A DNA stretch of 64,000 bases from Eledone cirrhosa (lineage: Eukaryota), in NCBI GenBank assembly GCA_964016885.1, contig OZ024756.1:19654001-19718000 (forward strand). Reading direction: 5' to 3'. The position numbers were made by a program, and so were the translations under genes. The notes beneath the pieces were generated by a model. It was not told the origin of the DNA and searched no databases. It worked only from the letters and a program-made list of their open reading frames with translations. Position 1 is the stretch's first letter. Each line of letters opens with the position of its first letter. Below, piece by piece: positions 12,991 to 27,869 of the stretch.

Positions 12991-13946
12991 AGTAGGCACC
13001 TCTTAACCAAATATACACCCCATCCCACTACCCCTACTCCACCCACCCACTCCCACCAACACCACCCTTTCTCTGTAAAGTTATGTTGGTACCACAACAT
13101 CCAGTCCAAACTAATGAGGTTGTGTAGGTGCCACGACAAAACAAAAACACACAGTCCATGCTGTAATGTGGCCGTGAAGGTAACACGGTAAAAACCGCCT
13201 AGTCCACACTGTAAATGTGGTTGGTGTTAGGAAAGGCATCCAGCCGTAGAAAACCTGCCAGACAGTTCTATACGAGCGAGACATGGTCACCCGACCAATC
13301 TTGCCTCAAGTGGGACAATTCCCGTCTAACCCATGCTAGCATGGAAGATAGATGTTAAACGATGATGATGATACACACACGTCTCTCCCTCTATATATAT
13401 AGATATAAACACACACACATACAAACATATGCATACATATTATACACAAATCTCTCTCCCTCTCTCTCTCTATATATATATATATATGAAAATACACACA
13501 CACACATACATACACACACATACATACACACACATACATTACACCCACACATACAGTAACTGGATGGGAGGTAAAATTTCAATAAACCTTATTATATTTG
13601 ATAGAAATATATTTAGTTTTTAACCTACTTACTTCTTGACTTCTACTTCAAACTTCATCTCATTTCAGTGATTAATTATTCATCACAGAAACTAATTCAA
13701 ATATCTAATTATTCATTTATATGTAGAGGTTATATTTAATTTGTTGGGATACAACAAGCAAAATATTTTTATAACTGATATAAAGCCCTCAACAAATTAT
13801 TGGAGTAAATATACAATATATTAACAAATGGAAACTATATTTATAAAACCATATTTATTTCATTATACATCCAGGAGACTCCAACTAGAATGGTTGCATT
13901 TTTTCAGGGTATGTCAATATTTATTTATAAAACTAACCTATATTAT

Positions 13947-14010
13947 ATTTTATCTGATGAAAGCGCACCATAATTTGCCTTGGTGGCCCTTGAAATATGT
14001 ATAATGAAAT
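13947..14010 (+). ncRNA. Type I hammerhead ribozyme, related family with different helix II
   Basis: auuuuau CUGAUGA AAGCGCACCA...UGGUGGCCCUU GAAA UAUGUA UA^ augaaau; helix II sequence differs from the 25956 copy but still pairs. Confidence 0.8.
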
Positions 14011-14748
14011 AAATAGGGTTTTATAAATATAGTTCCCATTTGTTAATATATTGTAATTATTCATTTATATATTCTCTGAATGACTGACAAAATTATTTAA
14101 AAAAAAACACCTTTAAAAAATCAGTTATTTTTTAATGCTTTATCTGTGTCTGTGTGTATATTGTATAATATATATTGTATAATACATACATATATATATA
14201 TAAAAGAATGAGGTCTCTGAGGGAAAGCAAGAGTGTATTTGAAATTTGAATGCATATAAAAATGAGAAAACTCATCACTATAACAGCCATTAAAACAGCT
14301 ATATATATATATATACACACACACACCCACACATATATATATTTAGCAGGGAAAAGCAGACATAAAATGATGATGATGATGATGATGATGATGATATATA
14401 TATACATAAATAAACACATGTGTGTACCTATAGACACATATATATATATAGAGAGAGAGAGACATACACACATATGTGTGTGTGTGCATCTATATATATA
14501 TATCATATGTATATGAAATAGCCGTCGAAATATATATCATATATATATATATCAAACATATATATATCATACATATATATCATATATATATGAAATAGCC
14601 GTCGAAACGGCTTGAGCTCTGCCGTCGGGGTCATACTTTTTCCTATATATATATATACACACATACATACATACATATACACACACATATATATATGTAT
14701 TTGTCCCCTTCTTTTGTGCCCCTGTGGCTAATAAAGAAACATATCTAT

Positions 14749-14802
<54 letters not shown>

Positions 14803-16499
14803 TATATATAAATGACTTGTCTGCCTGTGACCATCTGTATCCTGTCACTACTCTCTCTCAGGTTTCCCATCTATCTGCACCTCAGGTGCAAAACCTAAAA
14901 ATCTGAAACCAGATAGATTTCACTTCAAGCTCATTCGTTCTGATACTAGAGTTAAGAACTCTTTACTTTTAACCCGTTTACATTTAAACCGTGCGCGCGT
15001 GCGTGCGTGTGAGACATTTAGTTCCGACTATCACAGCATTTTGCAATTTTTTTAACCTTTTAACATTTAAACTGGCCAGAATTTTCTCACCTTTTTCTGT
15101 TCAAACCGGCTGTAACTGGCCACTCATACTGATGTTAAGGTATTGTTCTCTAAATAAATAACATCAAAATCTCATAGATTCGATATTATATGAGATAAAG
15201 CCTTTACCATGAAAATACAATAGTATATATAGAGTAATTTAAATGCTAAAGGGTTAATGATGTTTTTAATCATCTATTATCGATTTTGTTGTCATTAATT
15301 TATTAATAACTGTAAATTTACAAACAAGTCATCTATCTCTGTGACCCGTTTACCTGTTACCTTAAACCACCCATCCTTCCCCTTACCACCTCTTTTCTCA
15401 TGTGCCCTGTGATATGCTATCTTGCAAGGAAGGCAACCCGTCTAGGAAGAGTAACTCTGAAGAAATGAAACTGTATAAGTCAAACACAGACTCTGTAAGC
15501 CCATTAATGGACTACCCCCATAAGCTAAATATGTTATAACTTGGAACCACACGCCCTTGAGGGCTTTATTCTTAAAAATGAATTTCTATTTTATCATTAG
15601 TTTTTATTCAGCTCAAGGTTCGATCTGTATCGATCAGACCCGACTCTGGAATCAAAAGTTCACCAGACGTCTGTTGTGGTATATATACACACACACACAT
15701 ATATATATATACATATATATATATATACATATCATAATCATCATAATCACCGTTTAACATCCATTTTTCCATGCTAATATATATATATCATTTGTGTCAC
15801 GACAAAAAAAACACAGTCCACGCTGTAATGTGGCCATGTAGGTAACATGGTAAAAACCTCCCAGTTCCACACTGTAAACGTGGTTGGTGTTAGGAAGGGC
15901 ATCCAACCGTAGAAAACCTGCCAGACAGCCCTATACGAGCGAGACATGGTCACCCGACCAATCTTGCATCAAGTAGGACAATTCCCGTCTAAACCCATGC
16001 TAGCATGGAAGATAGACGTTAAACGTTGATGATGATGACGATGATGATCATTTATACTTCATCACTAACATTAATATAAAAAATAATGACCATGTATAAT
16101 TATTAAACTTTTTTTTTTTTACCCAAATTGTTTTAGAGAAGGACTTCAAATTTCATATAGCTTATGGGCTCAGCAGTTCAAAGTCTGGCCTTGTGCAAGC
16201 TGCAAGGAGGGCAACCCATCTAGTAGTGCAGTCACTCCAAATTAAGACTGCACAAGGTAGGCAAGCACTCCATAAGCTGTATAAAAGGGCAAACCACCGA
16301 GGAGAGTACTTACTGAATTAAAACATGGTAGAGACAGACAACCTCTCTAGTGTTGGTGGCCTGATAAAATTCACCCAGACTCCACTGTAAAGTGATTGGT
16401 GGTAAGCAGAGTATCCAATCAGAAAACATTAGCCAAAATACCATGACTAGCACAACCTATGATATTGAAAATAATTGCTCATACAGGACTAACACTAAC

Positions 16500-16928
16500 T
16501 GCGGGGTGGCCCAAAAGTCACTAGACTGTTTCAAAATATAAGAACCCTTTTATTTATTAAATATGAAAATGACTTAAGAAATTTATATCAAAATTCAATC
16601 CCAAAGAGAAGTAACCGGAACATTATTCTCTGAAAGTTCCTTAAACTCTGATTAAGGGAATTTTAGGTGCCGAATATTAGGACAGAAGAAAGAACAACAA
16701 CAACAAAAATAAAAATAAAGATTACCAGGTAACTTACTTTTTCGTTACCTCATCTTATAACCATTTTGCATTGCTTTGCCTTCTATCTCTTTCCACATTA
16801 TATATCATATACAATACTTCAAGCAAACTACAACATTTCATTATTAAATATTCACATTTATTCTTTTATAAAAAATAAATACACTTCTTATATTTTAAAA
16901 TAGTCTAGTGACTTTTGGGCCACCTTGT
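16500..16928. mobile_element. Tc1/mariner-type MITE
   Basis: TIRs ggtggcccaaaagtcactagact / agtctagtgacttttgggccacc. Confidence 0.7.
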
Positions 16929-17199
16929 GTGTTAGTGCTGCACACAGCAGTGGGGCGGCTATCCTAGCAATGTGGAAGATCTCCTCAAATATTATCAAAC
17001 AATTGCACATTATTTCCCTCGGCAGACACAGACACCTCTAGGGTTCTCCCATCATTGATCCAGCAGAACATCTAAGATATGGCAGCTGGAGAGAGAGAGA
17101 GAGATGTGTTACCAAAAGACAACCCAACCAAAACAATGGACTCCCTGCTGTAGTATTAATTATAGTAACCCACTTCAGATATCGGCATAATGAAAGGTA

Positions 17200-17485
17200 G
17201 ATCAGTCTGGTTGAAATTGTGAAGATGCTTGCTTGAGCAGAAACAAATTGCTGTGTGCTGTGATATGGGAGAGGTACGTCAGCCAGACTCCTCACAGACA
17301 AAGAGTTTAAATGTAAGCTCTTCTGGGTAGGAAATGTTGATAGGGGTATGTCAGTGGATATGTGTGTATGTGGTGGTGGGGGTATAGGTATTTTACTAGC
17401 TGAGAAGTGGATAGATAAGGTAATTGAGGTAGTTAGAGTAAATGAGAGAATTATCAAGCTTAGAATAGTCATATGGAATAGAATG
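17200..17485 (+). pseudogene. LINE AP-endonuclease fragment
   Basis: GIGILLAEKWIDKVIEVVRVNERIIKLRIVI. Confidence 0.7.
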
Positions 17486-17821
17486 TCAACAGCTAGATCC
17501 ACTTTTTTACACACACACACACACACACACATACATATATATACTTACATCTATACATACATACATATATACACACACACACATATATATATACATAAAT
17601 ATATATATACACACACACACATACACCTGCATATATATACACACATACATATACATACACACACACGTATACATGTATATATATATATACACACATACAT
17701 ATATGCACATAGATACAAACACATATAAATACATATTCATATACACATACACACCGCACATGCATACATACACATACATTTAGCATGAGCACATATAACT
17801 CAAAACATACAGATTCACACA

Positions 17822-17930
17822 TTGATGTCAAGAACTTCTCTGTCAGCGGCCCAGCTCCCCCAAACGTCTTGAACACCACGGGCTGGAAAAAATAGTTTTT
17901 TGATAATTCACGGTATTTTGCTGCAACAAT
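17822..17930 (-). pseudogene. Fragment resembling the C-terminus of a restriction-like endonuclease of CRE/NeSL-type non-LTR elements
   Basis: AAKYRELSKNYFFQPVVFKTFGGAGPLTEKFL resembles the KY..L...F.P...ET.G..G motif. Confidence 0.5.
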
Positions 17931-18489
17931 AAGTTCGTTTTCTAATCGCAAAGTCCTGGGTTCTAACCCTACATTTGTCCCTGTAAATAGTTATTTCTCC
18001 AAAGTTACTCCATACATTTAATCCTGTATGTCATTTATACATACATGCTGAATATTTATGTAATCATATCCTAGAAACTAATTAAAATATCATTCTTACC
18101 TTGAATCACTTCCATATGTCAGTAATCAACATAAACTATAGGGTTTCTCTTATGCAAACTACTAATTTATCAAAACATTTCCCCAGTTCATAGGATTGTT
18201 CACATTCCTAGTAATGCTGATATAAATGGTTTGCATGTGTCATTAATCAACATAAACTATAGGGTTTCTCTTATCAGATCTACTAACCTCTAAAAACCCA
18301 AACGGGGAGTGTGCCAAAACGAAGAGAAATTAGGCGCACTGGGGAGATTTTACATAATGAAAGCTATACCCATTTTCACAAGAGAATACTTCTCTCGCTC
18401 ACCCGAAAGTGGGTGGAAGATCGCCTCGTCGGACGGGTAGAGTTGACAGGTCGGTCTGCTTATGCAAACCATTAATTTATCAAAATGTA

Positions 18490-18678
18490 GGGCGGTGAAT
18501 TGGCAGTATCGGTAGAGGGTTGGACGCTATGCTTTGACGCATAGAGTTACGGCCCTTGCCATTCTGAGTTCAAATCCCGCCGAGGTTAACTTTGCCTTTC
18601 ATCCTTATGGGGTCGATAAAATAAAGTACCAGTAATGTACTGGATAATTGCTGGCCTTGTGCCAAAAGTAGAAACAAT
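18490..18678 (+). mobile_element. tRNA-derived SINE, full length, with TSD
   Basis: A box tggcagtatcggtaga, B box gagttcaaatccc, body [39 protein letters not shown]; TSD attaatttatcaaaatgta. Confidence 0.85.
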
Positions 18679-21600
18679 TAATTTATCAAAATGTAAATTC
18701 CCTAGTTCGTATGATTGTTCACATATCCAGTAATGCTGGAATACATATCAATCCTGGACTCCAAAAATTAAATATATTCAACGCTAGTACCGACATTATT
18801 GACGGCATTGGACTGCTTTAAAGGCCATTGTTTTAAGATGTCTGTCTTCTTGCTCAGATGTGTGGTTTATCTTCAGACCTAAACAACAGTTTATAAAAGA
18901 CTTTGAAACACTTTCGAAATTAAAATTTATAATTATAAATAATGATTTATTTTATATCATAAAACCAAAAGTAATTTTTTATAAAAAATTGTATAGAATT
19001 ACTTACAATAGTCGTATTTCCTTCTAGTGTATATCTCCAGTCTCTTTGGTGAATTTTTCTCGAAACATTACAGCTATTTCATATATGAATATATATTCTC
19101 TTTCCTGTTCTTTTTTTAAAAATCGTTTTGTAGTCGATAAACAAATAGTTTAGAGGGAAACAAACAAAGTGATATATTATTTTCTTTCTTTTTCCCACCC
19201 TACTATATTTTTAGGGCTTTTTAGTTTCGTTAGTTCTCAGAAAATTAGGACACAGTTTGAAAATAACTATACTGAGATTCCAGTACTGTTTGTTTGTTAA
19301 AGACAAACTGTTCGGACGACAATAAAATTAAATTTACCAATTTATAAGGTACTTTTAATACCAGGTATTCAAGTTTCGAAACCTGTACTATTGAATTATT
19401 TACCCCCCTCTCTTTGAAATTGGTTTCTTTTGTTTTAATCTTTCTCTTTCCGTGTTTTGGGGGTTTATTTGTGGTCTTTTTTCTTTTCAAAAAGGCGAGG
19501 AACAAATATATTTGTTCAGTTATAAACCACGAAAGTATTGAGGAAGGTAGGAGTTCATTTTAGAAACGCACAAAACTGAAAAAATTACTGAGAAAAAAAT
19601 AAAAATAAAATAATAATCATAAATAATAATAATAATAATCTACTCCTGTCGTTGTATTGCTATTATTTTTCATATGTAAATATGTGCGTGTATGAATATA
19701 TGTCTTTCTTTATGTGTGTGTGTGAGAGAATATGTCTCTGTCTATATATATGTGTGAATATGTATACCTCTCTCTATATGTGTGTGTATAAATATATATG
19801 TCTCTCTCTTTCTATGTGTGTAGAGAGACAGATAGATATATAGATATGTAGGTAGGTGTTTAAAACATAATTGGTTTGACACTGAGAGTCAATTGGTAAA
19901 AACAAAGAAATCAAACAAACCCCCCAAAAAACCAAAACCATAAAACAACACACGAGATGAATAAAGATTTAAACGTCTTTAATTTGTCTTTATTAACACG
20001 GTCAGCGTTGTTACAGCCGTTTGGTGGTTATTTACATGACGTAATATTATTGTTTCTACTTTTGGCACAAGGCCAGCAATAACTCAGTACATTACTGGTA
20101 CTTTATTTTATCGACCCCGTAAGGATGAAAGGCAAAGTTAACCTCGACGTAATATTATGGCAAGTCGAAAGATCTCCTAATGACATGGTTTAATACTCCT
20201 GGCATAATCTTGATTCCTTACGTCTATGAATGAGGTCTGCAGTGGTTAGTCCTTCCTCTGTTTATGTCAACCGGGATTGAGCAGACGGCATATGCTCAAA
20301 GAGGTTCCAATCGTGACCACCCTTGCCTTTTGAATGTATGCACGAGGGTCGACTGAAAAGTTCACAGACTGACTATGAAGAAGTGATGCTAGAGCTGAGA
20401 AATCTTGCATGCATTAATTTCAACTGTCCTTATTAATAACTGCATTTGTTTCTTTCCGAGGACTGTGTTGAAAAATAAACCTCATTTGGTCATTCCATGA
20501 AAGTATCTTGGTCAGCCTATGAACTTTTCATAGGCTGACCAAGGGGGGATTTTACATAATGAAAGCTATACCCATTTTCACAAGAGAAGACATCTCTCAC
20601 CCACACGAAAGTGGGTGGGAGATCTACCTGTCAGACGAGGAAAGTTGACAGGTCTGCAGATGGGCTAGCCCCACATCACCTTCTGGAACCCATGAGACCA
20701 CACAAGAAACCGAGGCAGCCAGATGACTAGGTGGTGAAACGACCTAAAGAAAATTGAAAAAAAATTAGCCACGAATGGCTCAGGATCGGCAAAAATGCTG
20801 CAGCTTGGAGAAGGCCTAAGTCCAACAATGGACTTTCCAGAACCGAAGATGTATGGAATTGGAATAATGGTTTCAAATTTTGGCCAGCAATTTGAGGAGG
20901 AGAGGAAGCCAATTACATCGACCCTAGTGCATTACTGGTACTCTTATATTATCGACCCTATAAGGATGAAAGGCAAAGCTATACTCTCAGCGGAATATGA
21001 ACTCAGAACATAAAGATCCGAAACTAATTTTACGCGAAGCAATGATACTAATAGGCGGCGAATTGGCAGAGTCGTTAGTACGGATAGAATGCTTTATGGT
21101 ATTCAGTTCAAATCCCACCGAGGTCAACTTTGCCATTCATCCTTTTGAGGTCGATAAAAAAGTACCAGTCTAGTACTGGGGTCGATTCTTCCTCTATATC
21201 TCTTTCTCATTTCCTCTCTCTCACTTTCTATCTTTCTCTGGAAGAAATCTGCTGTAGTCAGGTCTGGAAAGGGATGAGCTCCGCCAAGCTTAAAATGCCC
21301 AAAAAACGTTGTATGTCAATACGGCGCCCCTACAACTCTATCAGGAGTTACGGGGCCATACCAAGAAAGAAGAAATGATACTAATAATATATTTGTTGTT
21401 TACGATAACAGAGAAGAAAGACAAGCATGAAATGACAGTTATTATGTTTCACTGAGAAGACAGGAGACAAAAATATTAATAGATAGCGAGTTAAAATATT
21501 AGAAAAACAAGCGAAAACAATTTCATACTGTTATTGTTGTTCCAGGTTGTTTACTGAATCAGTGATGCGTGTGTGTATATATGTATATTGTGTGGTGTGG

Positions 21601-21948
21601 CTGTATGTGTGTAAATGTGCGTGTGAATATGTATGTTGTCTGATGTGGTTGTGTGTGTGGATATGTGTATTGTTTAGTGTGGTTCTGTGTGTATATGTAT
21701 GCTGTGTACTGTGTGTGTGTGACTGTATGTATATATGTATATATGTGTGTATGCGTGTAGTGTGTGTGTGTGGTTGTGTGTTAGCTCTATCAGTTACTGT
21801 TTATTTGTTTACAAGCCAGCGACTCTTTATATTTCATGGTTTGCGTTTCCCATTACATACAAGTGCACGTGTACGCTCTCTCTCTCTCTGTATATATTAT
21901 ATATATGAGTTATATTATATATATATGTTATATAATATATATGTCTCC

Positions 21949-21979
<31 letters not shown>

Positions 21980-22172
21980 AATGAAAAGTATAGATATTGT
22001 TGTAGCGAGAAGCTAACAGTATTCCATAACATATATATATAGTTATGTAATAAACAACAAGGCAATTATTTCATTTACCAGTGGTTTCTTAAAAGCAAAG
22101 AAATTTGCTTTCAATCATCAGAATAAAAAAATCCTGGCGTATTTATTGACGTTGGATTTTAAAAACAAAAAT

Positions 22173-23565
<1,393 letters not shown>

Positions 23566-23574
23566 TATATATAT

Positions 23575-26050
23575 ATAAGTATTAAGTTGTTAAACAATAT
23601 TCGATGATTATGTCAAAGAATGAGTTTTACAGTAGATTGGAAGCACTCAACTAAAAATAATTTTCAGGAGTTATTAATATAAGTATTAATAAAATAGATG
23701 TTCTTTTGATCAATTACATTTTATTATACATATTTCGGACGTACAACAGTAAATCTAAACTTTAACAAATGTCTCAACATATTAGATATGTAAAGCTTTT
23801 AAAGTACTTATTGTTATAAATATTTGAATAATTATTATGTATAGAGGTCAGTATGAGTCAGTATGTATAAGGTAAAAATAAAATAAAATAATATGTTACA
23901 GATAAAATTTATAGATAATTATTCTTCAACCAAGATATCAACGTATTATTAGATATATGAGTTCAAATCCCGCCGAGGTTGACTTTGCCTTTCATCCTTA
24001 CGGGGTCGATAAAATAAAGTACCAGTAATGCACTGGGTAATTGCTGGCCTTGTGCCTAAAGTAGAAACAATTATTAGATATAGGGATGTATATATATAGA
24101 TATATATTAGGTATTATTAATGTAGTATACTTTAGGTAAATGATAACGGTTATACTCTTAACAACGTGTCATATTTAAATATATGTATATATGCATATAA
24201 GAAAAACGAACAATGAGTGCATGTATAAAATTCAAAATAATATCTATAATAGTTTTTAGTTTGGATATTTTCTCTATATTTGAAACATGTATATAGAAGT
24301 ATGGTAGGTATATTTAAAAATATTTTAAAATATCTAAAATACAATATATAACTATATATATATTATAAAACTATTATATTATAAATAAATAAATAAATAA
24401 ATAAATAAGAGATTGAAAGTACAGCGAAAAAAATTCGCATTTATATATAAGTTTGAATCTGTCTCAAATTTAGATATTATAGTGCAGTAAGTATATTTAA
24501 AAGAAATATATGGTATATTATACTATAAATAATAGATCAAAAAGTCATTAAACATTTGGAGTTATAGATAAGTTTCGTAAAAAATTTTGGATTGGGTATT
24601 AAATCTGAAAGTTAAAAGAGATTACAAATGTATTAAAAATTCAGTTAAAAAAATTCAATAGATATGTAAGGATTAGGTATTGTACTAAATTATAGATAAA
24701 TGATGGTGTTGATCAAAGTTAACAAATTAAGTTGTGTGTATCAATGTTTAGGCATGCTAATTGAAATATTGTCATTCATTCTAACGTTGTTTTTTCCATA
24801 GATATACATACAATAAGGCAATATTAAGGCCATTGATGTTTTTTACTGTTGATTATATATTCCTGGTAATCGAGTTGTTATTGGTTCTTTCTTTCTCGTT
24901 TTAGATTACAAATGTTTTAGATTATACTACATTAATAATACCTAATATATATCTAGTTATATATTGTATTTTATATATTTTTAAATATTTTTAAATATAC
25001 CTACCATACTTCTATATACATGATTCAAATATAGAGAAAATATCTAAACTAAAAATTATTATAGACATTATTTTGAATTTTATACATGCACTCATTGTTC
25101 GTTTTCCTTGTATGTATATATATATATTTAAATATGACACGTTGTTAAGAGTATAACCGTTATCATTTACCTAAAGTATACTACATTAATAATACCTAAT
25201 ATATATCTATATATATACATCCCTATATCTAATAATACGTTGATATCTTGGTTGAAGAATAATTATCTATAAATTTTATCTGTAACATTATTTTATTTTA
25301 TTTTATTTTATTTTTACCTTATACATACTGACTCATTAATATATACCTATAAACATAATAATTATTCAAATATTTATAACAATAAGTACTTTAAAAGCTT
25401 TACATACCTAATATGTGGAGACATTTGTTAAAGTTTAGATTTAGGTAATTAATCAACAGTATAATATTTCATTCTTTACGTGTCAGCTAAATCCTTTAAC
25501 ATGTTATTCTCACAATTCAGAAGTTTAGAAATGATAACACACTTATCGAATTTATATAAATAATATATAAATAAATAGCAAATAATCTTGAAATCTGGAG
25601 TCTTCACATTAATATTATAAATTAAATATTTCCAAACTCGAACCGTTTAACTTTCGACCCCCCCCCCCCCCCACACACACACACTTTATCTTTCCCTTCT
25701 TATAAATCTTTTTCCAGTGGCTATCACTGGCTTTTGTGAATCATGAGACGTCTCCCTAGATATAGTATCATACAATTTAAAATTTTAGAACACTTTAAGT
25801 ATGCAACGCTTTTTCTTACTCACACATTCTCTAATGAATTCATTACGTTTTTCGCACTCTCACACAAATATTATATAAGCAAAATGTTTCTATCGGGTAA
25901 TCACTACCTTGATTAAATCTTAACCATTTAACATCTCAGGGTATGTCATGTATCATTATATTTTGTCTGATGAGGACGTACTGTTGTACGTCCGAAATAT
26001 GTATAATAAAATGTAATTGATCAAAAGAACATCTATTTTATTAATACTTA
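23575..26050. mobile_element. Degenerate Penelope-like insertion with inverted structure
   Basis: Arms about 23750-24364 and 24944-25443 are reverse complements; hammerhead-bearing ends at about 23680-23750 (-, partial) and 25915-26050 (+); (TA)n at both ends; no ORF. Confidence 0.55.
25956..26016 (+). ncRNA. Type I hammerhead ribozyme, minimal helix III
   Basis: uuauauuuugu CUGAUGA GGACGUAC-uguu-GUACGUCC GAAA UAUGUA UA^ auaaaauguaa: intact core, perfect 8-bp helix II, about 11-bp helix I, quasi-palindromic helix III. Confidence 0.85.
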
Positions 26051-26055
26051 TATAT

Positions 26056-26178
<123 letters not shown>

Positions 26179-26278
26179 GGTTAAACAAGGTTCAATTAAT
26201 AAATCAAAGAATGAGTTTTACACTCAGCAGTTATGGTTTTCCGGAGTTAACAAAAATAGAACTTCTTGTGATCAAATA

Positions 26279-26345
26279 TATTTTATTATACATATTTCAG
26301 AGGTACTGAGGTAACTTCAACAGTACGTCCTCATCAGATAAAATA
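26279..26345 (-). ncRNA. Type I hammerhead ribozyme, same family, longer helix II
   Basis: auuuuau CUGAUGA GGACGUACUG...CAGUACCUCU GAAA UAUGUA UA^ auaaaau. Confidence 0.8.
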
Positions 26346-26980
26346 AGATGATGCATGACATACCCTGACATAGTAGATGGTTAAGATCCACTCATTACTA
26401 CCGTGACGCAGTATTCCTCTTTCTTCCCATGTTTTTTATACATATTTACCTCGACTGCGATTGTCTGTTTCTCTCTTTCTGCTCCCCCGTTCTCTCTGTT
26501 TCTCTCACCTTCTTTCGCCCCCTCTGTCAGTTACACCTTTCTCTCGACTGACCTCTTCCTCGCACTTCCACTCACTCACTCTCTGTTTATCCCCTTCTCA
26601 CTTCCCCCCGTTCGTTAGTAGTGGGATTCTTTCTTTCTCACATCTCATTCACGTCGGACGGTCTGTTTTTTGACCGCTCATGAAATTCACCAGCTTATGC
26701 TGACCGGATAACCATCATGTTGCTTGCTTTTTTCCTACCTTCGGTTTGCTTTTCCTTCTATGTTGTTTACTTGTCTCATTCGCTTTATGCGATTCACTTG
26801 TCCCAATAGCTTATTTTAGTTATTGCTCTCACCAACCTGAGGTATATGATTTTTAATGCGATGAAATACCAATGATGGTTGGCAAATCACTGATGAGGGA
26901 CTAATTTTATAATATGTAACCCATGTGCAACCACACAGTATTCCTCTTTCTCCCCATGTTTTATATATATATATATATCC

Positions 26981-27017
<37 letters not shown>

Positions 27018-27777
27018 ATATTAACAAAGGAATTGTGGTAAGGAACCAGATGGACCATAACGCACCAGAGTACTCAGAAATAGCCGTCGAAACGGCTTGA
27101 GCTCTGCCGTCGGGGTCATACTTTTTCCTATATCCATATTATATATATATATATATATATATACAAACACACACAGACGCGCATACAGAGAGAGGGGGGG
27201 GGGGGAGAAGCGACATTTGCGAACGTTTGATAGCGTCATAGTAAATTCTTCGTGGGCGATCTCCTGAGTATTCCGTCTTCAAAGAAATAAGCCCAGTCTT
27301 CCAGTGACATTTTGGTTGAGAGAGAATCGGGTGAGGGAGAGATGCGGTGATTATATTATACAGAGGAAGTACAAACCGAACAAAACTACATACATATATA
27401 TAGTGTGTGTGTGTGCATGTGTGTATATATATATACACATACAAATAATATATAGAGTTATTAACTCATATAGATACCCTGCAATTAACAAGCTCAAAGT
27501 ATAAATACTGAGCATTGCCGAGGTTGACTTTGCCTTTCATCCTTACGGGGTCGATAAAATAAAGTACCAGTAATGCACTGAGTGATTGCTGGCCTTGTGC
27601 CTAAAGTAGAAACAATTATAATATTAATATGTGTAGAAGTAAATACAGTAAACCCATGTCTAAAATTACGAGGGTAGATTACACCACAAATGTTATATAT
27701 CATTCAACCTGAATCATATGGGATGTTACAATATTTCTTACAAGATTTCTCATACATACCATATCAATAACCATTTC

Positions 27778-27869
27778 ATCTCCCGAACAGACTAAAGATT
27801 TTATCTGTTTCGCCCTGAATGAATTGTGTTTGTAACAAGTAATCCGTAGGCATTTCGTCAGCGAGAGAT
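27778..27869 (-). ncRNA. Type I hammerhead ribozyme with full helix III
   Basis: aucucucg CUGACGA aau GCCU...GGGC GAAA CAGAU...GUCUG UU^ cgggagau; 8-bp helix I; 3 extra nt after the core. Confidence 0.7.

Noticed and set aside
13336-14906. Many short Y/I/H/T/V/C-rich ORFs here and across the window
   Set aside because: Translations of (TA)n, (CA)n and (GA)n microsatellites.
18490-18580. tRNA gene candidates at A and B boxes
   Set aside because: No cloverleaf; always followed by the SINE body, often with a TSD.
24365-24943. Possible Penelope RT or GIY-YIG coding remnant in the spacer
   Set aside because: No recognisable motif by eye and no ORF of 60 aa or more.
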